Made by a program: the position numbers and the translations under genes. The notes under the pieces are model-generated. The model was not told the DNA's origin. It saw only the letters and a list, made by a program, of their open reading frames with translations, and searched no databases. From Rhodosorus marinus CCMP1338 (taxonomy: Eukaryota; Plantae; Rhodophyta), in assembly GCA_029953675.1 (NCBI GenBank), contig JAMWBK010000002.1:1674001-1738000 (forward strand): a stretch of 64,000 nt of DNA, in the 5' to 3' direction. Below, in pieces: positions 1 to 11,973 of this stretch. Position 1 is the stretch's first letter. Each line of letters opens with the position of its first letter.

Positions 1-18
1 GTAGCCTTTATTCGGCAG
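1..18 (-). mobile_element. 3' tail motif of a family A CRE-like retroelement (continues left of the window)
   Basis: The reverse complement CTGCCGAATAAAGGCTAC matches the element tail at 43282-43299. Confidence 0.55.
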
Positions 19-687
19 ATGGGTTGTCCCAGCACAGGAGCCATAAGAGTGTGACTATTCTCTGGAGCTCTAAAGGTTCAAGCAAATGTCATTAAGCAGA
101 GACGGGCTCCTCAAGCCTGGAACCGAAGCAGGATTATTCACTGGGAAGACTTTTTGTCGAGGGCAAACGTGTGCCAGTGTCCACAGATGCTGGGCCACAT
201 TATTTCCCAAAGGTCTATTCAAAAAAATTCCTTATTGTTTGTTTTTGTTATCTGTCAGCGAAAATCTGAGAAAACCAAACCAACCGTTTATTCTCGCAGA
301 ATACGAGTAGGCCGAAATTTTTCGTGAAAAGGGGCTTGGATATTCTTATAAAAAAATGAAATCGTGATCAATGGACACGCAGTGGACTGAACAGAGGGTC
401 TTGCGATCCTCCGAAAATGAGTGGGAGGGAAGGGGAGTTTTCTTCAGCGCGCGGCAGATGGGGAGCCTTTGAGTGCGGAACCGTGATCTTCGGAAGACTC
501 TTTATTTCTCTTGGATTTCGGAAGAGGCCCGGCAGGTGATCGTTAGGGAGAGGAAGAGGATTATGCGGGATAGATGCCGAAGGGAGCAATCTGGAGGTCT
601 AGATCATGAGAACAGCTGATGAATGACGCATTCAGTTGCGCATAATATAGGGTTTTCTTTTCGGAAAACAGAATAGAGCGCTGCAGA

Positions 688-1701
688 ATGAGTCGGATAG
701 TATTTGCATGGGTTTGCTTTGTGAGCGTTGTGGGATTTGCGCGTGGAGAGGTAGACCGGATCCCAGAGTTGGACGAATGTGGTGAGAGTGGGCCTGCGGA
801 GACTTTCTTAATGGGTTTCTTGGGACATTCGGGGTCATCGGCAGTGATGTCGCAGCTCTATTTACACTCAGATCTACATGTTCCTTGGCCTCTGGAGCCG
901 ATGCAGAAATATATCAGGTCTCCCGAAGAAGGAGCGAAATGGACGGAGGACTTTTTTCTGACTGGAAAAGGCATGGGCTTGGTACCAGGGTTCAAACTGC
1001 GCCCAGGTCATATCGACGAGTCAGTGGAGCTTTGGTCGGAGCTCATTAGAAAGTATAACACGCGATTTATTCGCCAGGACAGGACAGATCTGCTCAAGGG
1101 TGCTATCGGGCTGTACTCCATTCGCGCAAGGTTTGACAGCTCCGCAGTTGCCGGTCTTGAGAAAGGGGAAGGTGAAACTCACTGCGCCCTACATCCAGAG
1201 CAGTGCTATTTTGAGATCGAGAATGTGCGCTTTTTCGCGTACTTGATGCATATGGTTCAGGACGGCATTCGGCAGCTTGATGATTTTGCCGACCTGCTGC
1301 CCTGGAAATGTCAGCTAAACGTCACCTACGAAGAGTACATGCATGACAAAGATGCAACTATGAAGAGAATATTTGATTTTATTGGCGTGGATTACCAAGA
1401 GCATGAATCGTCCTTCGAGAAGGCCCTTTCGGACAACCCATGCGAGACGGTGACAAACTATCAGCACGTTTGTGCGCAACTCTGGGGTTGCGAACAGTTC
1501 CAACCGTTCCTGGACAACGAAGAGCAAGGCTGCTACTGCCTTGACAAGGAACACCCGAGGAATGCAGAATTGTGCGATGTAGATGCGCTGATTGGCAGCG
1601 GTACCGTGCTGTGCCAGCGGCGACAAGAGAATGGGACAATGAAAATGTTCGCTTGTACAGGCGAGGAGATTGAGAACAAAACAAAACGACGTGATACGTA
1701 A
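688..1701 (+). CDS. Secretory-pathway sulfotransferase-like protein (Stf0/Sulfotransfer_3-like), 337 aa, intronless
   Basis: Hydrophobic N-terminus, PSB-loop-like GFLGHSGSSAVM, the typical C-terminal VTYEEY..DKDATMKRIFDFIGV segment and a Cys-rich tail. Confidence 0.7.
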   Translation: MSRIVFAWVCFVSVVGFARGEVDRIPELDECGESGPAETFLMGFLGHSGSSAVMSQLYLHSDLHVPWPLEPMQKYIRSPEEGAKWTEDFFLTGKGMGLVPGFKLRPGHIDESVELWSELIRKYNTRFIRQDRTDLLKGAIGLYSIRARFDSSAVAGLEKGEGETHCALHPEQCYFEIENVRFFAYLMHMVQDGIRQLDDFADLLPWKCQLNVTYEEYMHDKDATMKRIFDFIGVDYQEHESSFEKALSDNPCETVTNYQHVCAQLWGCEQFQPFLDNEEQGCYCLDKEHPRNAELCDVDALIGSGTVLCQRRQENGTMKMFACTGEEIENKTKRRDT

Positions 1702-2270
1702 AGCGCTACATTTTTAATTCAGTTTTTCCTAACTCTTATTTTCCCGGAAGCGCGTACACTAGCTAGAGCTGAGTTTGTTCTCGCGTCCTTGCTGCATGGT
1801 CACGTTCCGCCTGGGACTGCACTCTTTGGCAAGCTTGGCTTGTGCGCTGCGTGTTCAAATGATGAGTTGTTTTTGGATACCTTCGTGCAAGGCCATAGCT
1901 TGAAACCTCACTCCGACTAGGAGAGCCGGTGATCGCTCCGCAGCGATGTGATTTGAGCTGTATCATCGCACTAGCTAGGACGCTTTTACTGGCCCCAAGT
2001 AGTTCAGGCGCTCGGACGTGATATCTGCAAATACGCGATCGAGCCATGTCAGTCAAATGAAACAGTTGAAAAGGGCATGTATGTGGTGCCATGTTCTCCA
2101 AGTCAATGACCTCACGTCCGGAGGGAGAAGCAGGACCATAGTCTTAAGGATGTACACAAAAGTTACAAGGGCTCCTAAGCACGTCTTGCGGTAGGGTCTG
2201 CTCATACCTTGGATATTCTAGTTATAGCTCGGACATGAGCATGTCAAAGGTCCTCCGGATTGTTTGACAT

Positions 2271-2472
2271 CAGGATGTATCGCCCTTTAGGGGTAACGCC
2301 CTTCAGGATGTAACGCCCTTCAGGATGTAACGCCCTTCAGGATGTAACGCCCTTCAGGATGTAACGCCCTTCAATATTTAACGCCCATCAGGATTTAACG
2401 CCCTTCAGGATGTCACGCCCATCAGATGCAACGCCCATCAGGATGTATCACACGTCAGGATGTAGCGTCCAT
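2271..2472. repeat. Minisatellite, ~12 copies of 17-bp CAGGATGTAACGCCCTT
   Basis: Read directly: four perfect central copies, degenerate at both flanks, no spacers. Confidence 0.9.
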
Positions 2473-2646
2473 CACGCTTGGCTGTCAAAAAGGGCCCAAC
2501 AATGTACCAGACACGCATGAAGTTAACGCTATCTGTTAATGGCTAGGGTTTTCATGGGGTTGAGCTGTATGGCGAGCCCTCGAACATCGATAATGCTTGA
2601 TATGCTATTTTTATAGTCCTACTTTGCATGATCTACAGCATACTTT

Positions 2647-3660
2647 CTACTCGTTCACGTCTCCGTCATTTCCATCTAGTGATGAGCACGCCACCTGCCT
2701 GACGTGCCCATTCTCCGTAACGACCTTACAGAGCTCTTTCTCGGCATTGTTGTGCACCGTCCTCCGGTCGCAAAGGTCAGGATTGATAGGCGAACTGGGC
2801 TTGTTTTCACAGAAGCAGCCGTTCTCAGGATCTTCAATGTAGGGTTGGAAGTCTCCGCATCCCCAGAATAGAGTACAGATTTCTTGGTAGTTGCTGATAA
2901 TCTGACAAGGACTGCGCGGCAAAGCCTTATGATACAAGGGCTCCCTAAATTCTTTGGGAACACCAAGGAAGTCGTAGATGCGATTCACTTCCGTCTCCAT
3001 GTCCTTGTCAAAATCCTCGTACTTCACGTACATCAGGCAAGGCCACTTTAGGTTTCTGGCAATCTCCAGCGTACCCTCCCTGGTGTCCAAGGACTTCCAC
3101 AGTAACAAACTGAATAAATTGATGTCGTCGATAGGAAAGCGGCAGAGCTCTGGGTGAAGCTCACAGTGCTCCTCCGAAGTCTCGTTCTTCAACCCCATCT
3201 GCGAAGAGAGGTCATTGCGAGCTCGGATCGCGAAAAGACCCACGGCGGACATCCAGGGGTTCTCGCGGTAATTCACAACCAGCCGGGTATCATATTTGTC
3301 TATCAGTCCCTGCCAGAGATCCTCCCCACCACGAATGTTTCCCGGGCGAACCTTAAAACCGGGCGACAACTCCTCCCGACCTTCAGCCAGGACTTTGTCG
3401 AAAATAAGTTGTGACGTTAGCATTGACTCTTTTGCATGGAAGTTCATCGATATGAGCGGCTCAGTATTCCTGGGCACAAACAGCCTTGAGTTCTGAGCCA
3501 AAATAGACATCAGCGCTGTCGACCCAGAATGTCCCACGAATCCAAGAACAAACGTTTTCGCCCTCCCTGCGCATTGGGTCTCCGGTTCAAGCTCTGTAGA
3601 ACTTGCGACCGAAGCCAAAAGTCCTAACATTGCAGAAAGGAGAAGCTTTTTCAACTCCAT
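2647..3660 (-). CDS. Sulfotransferase-like paralog, 337 aa, intronless
   Basis: Signal peptide, GFVGHSGSTALM and VKYEDFDKDMETEVNRIYDFLGV. Collinear with 688-1701 (PGFK.RPG, HC.LHPE.C.F.I, shared Cys pattern). Confidence 0.7.
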   Translation of the reverse strand: MELKKLLLSAMLGLLASVASSTELEPETQCAGRAKTFVLGFVGHSGSTALMSILAQNSRLFVPRNTEPLISMNFHAKESMLTSQLIFDKVLAEGREELSPGFKVRPGNIRGGEDLWQGLIDKYDTRLVVNYRENPWMSAVGLFAIRARNDLSSQMGLKNETSEEHCELHPELCRFPIDDINLFSLLLWKSLDTREGTLEIARNLKWPCLMYVKYEDFDKDMETEVNRIYDFLGVPKEFREPLYHKALPRSPCQIISNYQEICTLFWGCGDFQPYIEDPENGCFCENKPSSPINPDLCDRRTVHNNAEKELCKVVTENGHVRQVACSSLDGNDGDVNE

Positions 3661-3903
3661 CGCTTGCGTTCAATACTATCAGGTACTCCAGCTCCACACA
3701 CTCCAGCTTTCCTTTTCGTGCGTCCTCTCCCAGATGCAGTCAACTAACTGTAGCTCTGCTGACTCCCTACCAAGCACTGAACGAGCAGCAACATATAATC
3801 TAGCAAAACCGTGCGAATCGACCTCTACAACGCCAGGACAGGGTTATGCCGTGAGTCAGAAAATCGAAAAAACCGAATGGACAAAAATCCCTTCTGGATA
3901 CCT

Positions 3904-5127
3904 TCATAATGCCATGTAATGAAAACCCTTGGTGACGAATGTGCACGTTTGTCCCCTAGCGCTTTCATTAGTAGAGAGGGAGCTTAACCATTGGAAGCGA
4001 TCCAAAACGTAAGCAAAACCAACCAATCCCTCCCAAGCTTGGAATTTTGTCCTAGTAAAACACATAAAAACGTGCCTCAACCCAGGGCGAAAGGACCAAT
4101 CAACGGTATGTAACCAATCCAAATCATCCAGCCAGCGAGGCAGCACCTCAAAAGTCTGCAAGCAAACGTATGAACATATTGATTGTGCGTTCAGTCATTT
4201 ATTATATACGGTCTAGGGTGCTTTTTTCCGAAATATTTACACCCATTTCTGGATGTTATCCACTAGTGATGCAGCACGTGCAGCAACACAGGAGCCCAGC
4301 ATTCCTCGTTTAACCCAATCATTTCTCGATATCTCCTGCCAATGCGAGGAGCCTGTTGCATTTAGGGAAAAGCCCGAACTGATGCCCTGAGTTCGGTTCA
4401 ATACCCTCCGAAGTCAATGAGAATCGACTATCGGGAATAATCAAGAGCCTACATGATCTTAATAATGACTTCTATTGTCCCAAGAAATTGTTCTCCTTTT
4501 TGCCTGTTGAAATTTCGACTGAAACGCGTGGGAGCATGCCCTTGTTCTTGAGGGATTGTATGTCCCCTTCTTTGGCCCTACTGACGGATGCAGAGTATGA
4601 GACCATGCACTCCACCCTCGCCAGTCCGCTCAGTTGGAGCTGCCGTATATTCGTCTTCAACGCTTATACAGAAGCCCTTCAGCGGTACTGCGTAGGCCGG
4701 GTCACAAATTTTTATTCAACCCATGTTCGATCTTACGATCTGAATGGGGAGCCAGCCGGCTTCTGTGAACACGCGTACTAACACGGAGGCTTGTGAATTA
4801 TATTTCGAGGATCGCATGCCCACCTTTCCAACGCTGGAGGGTATTCTAGAATATGCATATTTCGTTAGGGTTTGTGTGGGACTGGAGATCCATCTGAAGC
4901 TTGAGAAGTGACAGAGTCGTGGGTCACGGATTCGTGGAAGGACTTTCTGAACTGTTAAGGATCGAGATGCGGCTTGGTGTTGATTCATGTACGCAAGGCC
5001 TGGGTCTATGGGAAGGAGAACGGTATTTGAGGTGAAGGGGGTGGGGGGTTGGTGGTGGTGGTGGTGAGTGCTATACGGGGCCTCGTGGTAGAAGTCGTGT
5101 CGTAAATCTTCCGAAACCACTGGAGCA
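3904..5127 (-). CDS. Possible multi-exon hypothetical gene, structure unresolved
   Basis: Several short ORFs separated by GT..CTAAC..AG intron-like segments. No family recognised. Confidence 0.25.
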
Positions 5128-5219
5128 TGAAAAATGTGATACTTTTTAGCAGCCCTTGTAGTCTCGAGAGTAGCAAACGAAACCGAGGGGCCAAGGTTTC
5201 CTGCTGCGTGGAAAAAGGC

Positions 5220-6819
5220 ATGGACGTCAAGATGGTACGCGGCATGAAGCTGCAGAGGGATCAGATTTCCTCAGTCCTTGGTTTTGCTGCAGTGCCAGCT
5301 GAGTTGTATCCAGCCTATCACCACCAGAATCTTGACAATTCGCGGAATGGTGCGTTAAAGCCGGCTTCCTGCGCCGTAGAGGAACTAAGGGAAATGCTTC
5401 GCGCTCGGTTAAGTTTGTTTTTCTAACTGGCGGGGTGCCTATGCTTTTACTTGTTGAGCGCAGGGTTAGGGCCTAAGCCGGAGGCACTAACTGTTCCCTC
5501 TGGAACGACCGTCTCAGAATGCGTCGACTTCTTGGGCCGCTTAAGGGAGATGGAGTCCAGAGATGGGAAATCGTTTTCAATTCTTGATAGACTGTTTGTG
5601 GTTGACCAGCTGGTCGGCAGAGAAAAACTTGTTGGGTATGTGACAATGTTGGACCTCTTACTGGCAAAACCAGACGAGTTCGTCGAGGTGCGGTGTTCAT
5701 GTATTTAAGTGTCTTCCGGAACTGCCTAGCCAATAATATCGCCTCCTGGAATTTCCTGTTTTTGTTCGACGTAGACTAACGTATGCCTTGTGTTCTCTTC
5801 TTGCTTTTTTTTCCGTTTTCCCAAAAAGAACGTGTCGAGGACAAATGAACTCGTCTTGAGCATCGACGATGACATGGAGCACGTCTTGAGAAAACTCAGA
5901 AGGGATAATGTCCTGATTGCCCCAGTCGTAGACGTTGAGGAAAAGCTTGTTGGTGTACTGACTGCCAGTGACATGATTCGCGAACTTGAGTTCGAGGCTA
6001 CGGACGACCTACTTAGGTATGGAGGCGTAGGAGGAGATGAGGAAACGGTAAGCTGGTGGGGTTTACGACCGTCCTTGCTACTCTTCGAGTTGTCTTACAT
6101 TCGATGGGGTTTGGCTTTGCTTCTCTGGGCTAAATCCGGCATTCGTTCTGTACTGTATTCGTAGGCTGAGTCGTACTTTGGGACCTCAATCAGGAAACTG
6201 TTTTTGGGAAGAATCACGTGGTTGGTCGGTCTTCTTATGCTCCAAAGCCTCTCTTCCATCGTTTTAGGGCGGTACCAATCGCTTATTGAGGCCAACGTGG
6301 TACTCGCGCTGTTCTTGACGATGTTGACCGGAACCGGTGGGAACGCCGGGAACCAGTCCTCTGCCTTAATCATCCGCGGTCTAGCGACAGGTGAAATACG
6401 GAGAGAGAACTATTCTAGGGTGGTTATGAAAGAGATTGCTGTAAGATTGGTTCATCACGAGCTGCCCGAGAGGAAGCCGAACACCTCTTTTGCCTTTTTT
6501 CCCATGATTTGCTTTTAACGGTTCGCTCGCTGGGGTGCTCTCCGATTAGGTTGGGATTTCGTTATCTTTTGTTCTTGCAATCGTGAGCTTTGGCAGAGTC
6601 TATCTTACGACAGGGTCCAACGTTCTCTCCTCGTTCACCGTATCAATTGCCGTGTTGCTTACCACTGTTTTTGCAATTCTTGGTGGTACAGTTGCGCCCA
6701 TGCTCCTAGAGCGAGTCGGCGTTGATCCGTGCAACTGTGCAAGTCCTGCGCTGGCCACTCTCACTGATGTAGGGGGTGTTCTTATTCTATGTTCGCTGGC
6801 ATCGATCCTCCTGCGTTAA
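5220..6819 (+). CDS. mgtE: MgtE-family Mg2+ transporter (CBS pair plus MgtE membrane domain), spliced
   Basis: CBS segments LFVVD..KLVGYV and APVVD.EEKLVGVLT.SD, and membrane motifs RITWLVGLL, GTGGNAGNQS, DP..CASPALATLTDVGG. Start codon uncertain. Confidence 0.85.
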
Positions 6820-8580
6820 CGCAGATTCGATATGCTGCCATGGGTGTACAACAGATCGACTTGGGTAAGAGATACGTGCGGAGGGTATGATTCGGGTGAG
6901 AAAAGTTCGTTGCAGGTTGCCGGAGATGCAATGGCTTGCGCCAACCCAGGACATGCTGGAGACGGTCGGATACCGCATTTGGCTTGAGCAAAAAGTTTTC
7001 CTCTTTTGAGTGCTGCTTTTCTACTCCGTGGGAGCCAGACGAGGAGAAGCACTGCAGTTGTTGTAGGAGAGCAGGTTCATTACCTAAGACATTTCGGGGT
7101 TTTTGATGTTTTCGTCTGTTATGGGAGCAATGCGCTCTCGGGGAGAACCCTCTCTGAAGCGACGTATTCGGGAGCATACTTCATATGGAGGCCAGCATTT
7201 ACACAAATTAACTCTGTCAACAATAGTAGAACTCGAGCAGCTTAATCTCTTAACGAGTCTGGAGCAGAAAGTCACCGACTTCAGTCGAGGTGGTTGCTTG
7301 CGGACGATCTGGATGGGTGTACGCGACGATAATGCACCCTCTTAAGTGCCTTGGGATCGGGTCTAGGAACCATCTTGCTTCAGCCTGTGCTGAGGACAAA
7401 ATCCGCCGCTTTTGCGATGAGCGTTGCCCGCGTCTACCGAGAGTTCAAGATTGTTATTCACAATAAATGTCTACACGCAAAGGATATGGAATCTCTTTGA
7501 ACAGGGAAAAAGAACAGTTCTACAGGCCTTCCCTGAGGGCCCAGGCTTGAGATGGGACCAAGCTGCCTGGGTCCTTTTCGGGCTTGAGGTTGTTTTAGAC
7601 TTGAAACCTGACTTGCTCTTTGGAGACCATTCGAGGATACAACGAATGCAAGTTCTCTAGGAGGACGAAGCGCAGCTTCAACTACGCTCATCAGTGAGAA
7701 TTACGAATTAGGTGATTAACAAGTACGTCGAGCGATGCTATATCAGAGGCAACATGTGGTCCCACTCAAAACACAGCCAAGTTCTCCTCAGTTCTTCTTC
7801 GTTGCATCTCTTAGCTAGTTTTATAGGCAAGCGACGATCATTAGGTTGACGCTCAGACATCGACTTTCGCGCTCTCACTTGGAGGTGTAAAACTTGAGTG
7901 TCTGCCCTAGCTGGTTTTAACTCTGGGACTCAAAACGCATGGAGTTTTGACCTAGCCATTGCGAGCTTTTAATCTGGGTCATGGTTAGCACCTGGCAATG
8001 CCTGCAATTCGCCGATAGTCGGCCGATGCCTCCTGGACATCAGCCCGGCAACAACAAATGCGCCAGCAACAGAAAGAAGCACTGATCCACACCCAAGTTG
8101 ATGAGTTGACGCAACTAATGTTTGTAGAGAAGCAAAGTTTTCCACGGATGGTGTACTCCATATTTCTCCAAAGTTTTCATTCCAATGACAGAGTAACCGT
8201 TCTCGCGCCGCTAAATTGTTACCTGAACTGTGGCGTGTGCGCAGTGAGCAAACATCATTGCTCCAGCGACTGGCAAGGCCAAGATGAAGTTGCTCTTGGG
8301 GGCCCGATTGCCGGAGAAAGAGTCGCATGTGGTCCGAATTCGCCCGTCGTCAGCCGAGGAGCGAGGTGCTTCTCAGCGAGCCTTCGTGAATCAGGACTCA
8401 GGTTTCCGGAAGGATAGCTCTACTTGACTAGTGCTTAGATCCTCGCCTTCCTAGAAGCGTTAGTTCGCGAGCTCTGTGCCTAGTTCACGCACGCTTTACC
8501 TAAATGACATAGTCCCCATGTTCCTTGTGACTGACCACAAAGGAAACGTCTCTCGTTTAGAATTGCGTTTTCCAGGCACG

Positions 8581-11312
8581 CTATCTCTGCCCGTTCCTGT
8601 TCGTCATGTTCGCAGCTAGCTGCTGTAAGTATGAGTACAAGTCAAGAGCTCCCAGAGCTTGTGGCGGCGGGGGGGGCAATCCCAACGCAGCCAAAGCAGC
8701 TAGATCCGTCGGCGGTATCGGACTCGATTGTCTCATGTTAGATTGGTTGCCGACCAGCGGAGGTGGCAGTGGAATCCCCTGAGGAACTGGGATTGGTGGC
8801 ATTGGTTGGTTAACAGGAACTCCGGGGATGACGCGGTTCGAAGGATTGTACTCCTGCGCTGAAAACGGGTCCAGAGCTTGGCTCGCGCCAGGCTCTAACC
8901 GTGGCTGGGAAGTTGACTGTCCCGCCAAAGCTAGGAGCAAAGACTGAATCCCACCCGGGGTTTGGGCCGAGTTGTGAGCCGGCGGCAGTTGGCCTTGGAG
9001 TGCCAGCGCTTGCATCATTTGCATTGCCGAGGCCTGAATTTCTGGTTGCTGGGGTGAGCACTCCGGTGGAACAGTGACAGGTTGCAGCTGCTGCTTCGGT
9101 AACTCGCTAGGAAACGCTGTTGGCTTGTACGCGTACACCGGCAGAGGTTCATATTTCTCGTCAGACAGCTCCCCATCTTCATCTGAATCCGTGTTCGCCG
9201 AAGCACGCGCTTTCTTCGAATTCTCCGCTTCATCTGGTTGATTCTCCTGGCTCACAAAGTGTCGACGACTCCAAATGAGATCATCGACATGCAAGATCGA
9301 GCTCAACGGTGTTGGGTGCTCCTCGGATTCTTGATCTGGCCGCCACGCCTGCAGCAGTTTACGTGCATTGTTGAGAGCCTTCCTAATGGTCAACGCCGCA
9401 AAACTGTTTCTAGCAATCTCGCTGTGGTCGCCCTGCGGATCCTCGACAGAAAACAACATTGGCTGGTACGTATCTAGCCCATACTTGTCAAGCTTCTTAT
9501 AGTAGCTTCCTCCCTCAAGTACAGCTACGCCCGTATAGCAATTGTTAAATACTTCCCCGTACAGCTCGAAGAAATCCATGAGCATGTCCCCCAACGCGTT
9601 TGCTGGTCTTGGGAAATTAAATTGGTGCATTTGCAGATGTGAAAGCGTCAAGAGAAACAACGCATAAGAGCCCAAACCCCCACGAAAAACCTGTGAAGAC
9701 GTGCAGAAAGGTGTAAAAATACAATTCTGAGCTGCCATGATACAGGTCTAACTACGGGGTAAACCACGTGTTCCAGCCTGCGCCTATACCTCGCCGAGAT
9801 TTCTTTGTTGAAGGAAGCACTTTATGACCATCAACAGTGGCTTCAATGAAGGGAAGTCCTCGATGTGTTTCCGGATGAACGCGACGTTGTTGGGGCCGCT
9901 TTCTTGATTGAAGGAAATATCACACTGCACATTTGTCTCTCGATCCACCAATTTCACTAGCGGAACTCTTGCCTTGTCAATAACCTGAAAACAAACACGT
10001 TAGATGCTGCAATCCGTTCTCAAAGGACGGGGCTGAGCGCGGCCACCAAAAATGAACATCAGCACACCTGAATCCTGCGTAAGAAGCCGGGTTTCTTCCG
10101 GAGTTCATCGGCAAGCGTGTTTAAATCCTCCGTGGATCCTTTCCCGGGGCTCTCGAACACGCAAACGTCAATGTCACTCGAGGGTAGGTAGAGGCCTGTT
10201 GCGAATGACCCGAAAACAACGACCTTTGCAGAAGGCCAGATGATCTTGACAACCTCCTCCACACGATCCAGCAATCTCAGACGCTTTTGATGCTCTGCAT
10301 CAGTAGGCGTGACGAAACGACAGAAGTCGAGAATTTCGTAATGTAGTGTGACCTTTCCGCGTTTGCACAAGACTTGAGTTAGTGAGAAAGCGTTTGCAAA
10401 AAGCAATCTGTTCGCAGCTAACCACAACGAGTTTGCTCCGTGCTCTCAGGGAGGTGAGATTCGCGTAGGCCTGTCTTTAGCCGCAAGGCTTACGCCCATC
10501 CGGTGCGCTTCGAATTGGAATAAATGAGGATCCTGAGCATCGCGCATCTTCGGCGAAGCTTATCCGACCTGCACTTAACGAGCAATTCGCCTCTCGTTCT
10601 TGACTTGGACGATTTAACCAACCATTTTGTTCGTGCTATGCTTCAACGCGAAAAGCAGCTCTTCACTTCGAACCCAAGGGGGAAGCACTCCCGCACTTGC
10701 TTCGTCAACCTGTTCGCCCTCCTCAAGCTTTGCAGTGACATTGTCAGCCTTCTCCTCATCATCAGACGACGAGAACTTTAGAAAATCCTAGCCCGGCGCA
10801 AGCACAAAGAGGCACGGTAAAAGGGCCATTCAGTGACGGTAGCGGTTAACAATTCCGAACTGTGGGGCATCGTATCCGGGCCTTGCGCGCTCAGTATCTC
10901 GGGGCTAGGAGAACTTCACTCGCGTGGGATACATAGGGCTCCGTTTACGTGTCCTCATTCTGACAGCCATCCTGATGCTAAGAGGCAGTGGCAACATACA
11001 TCAGAAGATGCTTTCATCTGCCTTTTGTTTCCTCGCTTGTCTCCATTGAAGAGGGAGAACACTTGATCCGACTTGCGTCGGACAGGAGTTTCGGATGCCA
11101 CTCCATCCAGCGGCTCGAGCTTAATTTCTTTCCAAGCTGAAAAGCAAATCATATTCATGACATCTGTGTTAGCATAGAGGTCTACGCCAGCTCGCAGAGT
11201 CTGCACAAGAGAACAGGCACCGGTTCATCACTGGACTACTACCTTCAGGAGCTCCAGGTTCCTCCTCAGGGTGCACTTTGTCCTCAGATGAATCGTCATC
11301 GGATAGATACAT
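8581..11312 (-). CDS. Non-canonical poly(A) polymerase of Trf4/Trf5/PAPD5 (TENT4) type, spliced
   Basis: FGSFATGLYLPSSDIDV nucleotidyltransferase motif, then ARVPLVK, CDISF, GGLGSY, a PAP-associated domain (SVEDP...RNSF) and a Pro/Gln-rich tail. The 5' exons are approximate. Confidence 0.85.
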
Positions 11313-11973
11313 CAGCAGCCTCCCTGCCGCCGCCCGCATAACGCAGCCGTTAGTCTTTTAAAACACCCATAACTGAACGACGATTTGCTTCCTCAGCCAG
11401 CACTAAACCTAGCCGGGTTTGTTCTTCTATCAATTGGGCACCTTGCCGGTCCTGTTCAACGTTGTCAAGATACATTTCTGCGCCCCATGCCCCGGCCGAA
11501 TTGTGCATGTCAGAAAGCTTGCATCCAGGCCTCTCGACTGAGCTCGCACCATATGTCCAGTTTTGCTGGAATAGGGTGTTGCGAGGGAAGGGGGTGGATG
11601 TGAGGCGTGCTCTGCTTCCGGTGAGCAAACTGTTTCGTGCAAAACAGTTTTCTGGTGACTGAGTAAGACCGCTTGTTCCGTTTAGATAGAGTTTCTAATT
11701 TTTCCGACGTCTTCGATTGTGATTGTTTCCGGTTTGTCACATGACAAGCGTCTGCTCAGCTTCCTATAGCGACGCCAGCGCCTGTTCGATCGGCTGGGTT
11801 GTTTGCCATATGCCCGGGGTGGGAGGGGGCCGCTGTGCTTACGGTCACACAGACTCAGAGGATTTTCTTCTCTCTATTGTATTCCGAGAGCGCAACCCCT
11901 GGCAGTTGACGAATGAGAATTATGTCCAAGAACATTTTCATTTTACACCAATACTACTATACACGGACGCCGA

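Noticed and set aside
2271-2472. CRISPR array
   Set aside because: The repeats are contiguous with no unique spacers, there are no cas genes, and the context is eukaryotic.
6845-8420. Short ORFs between mgtE and the Trf4-like gene
   Set aside because: No recognisable motif or consistent exon chain could be built, although a small gene may be present.
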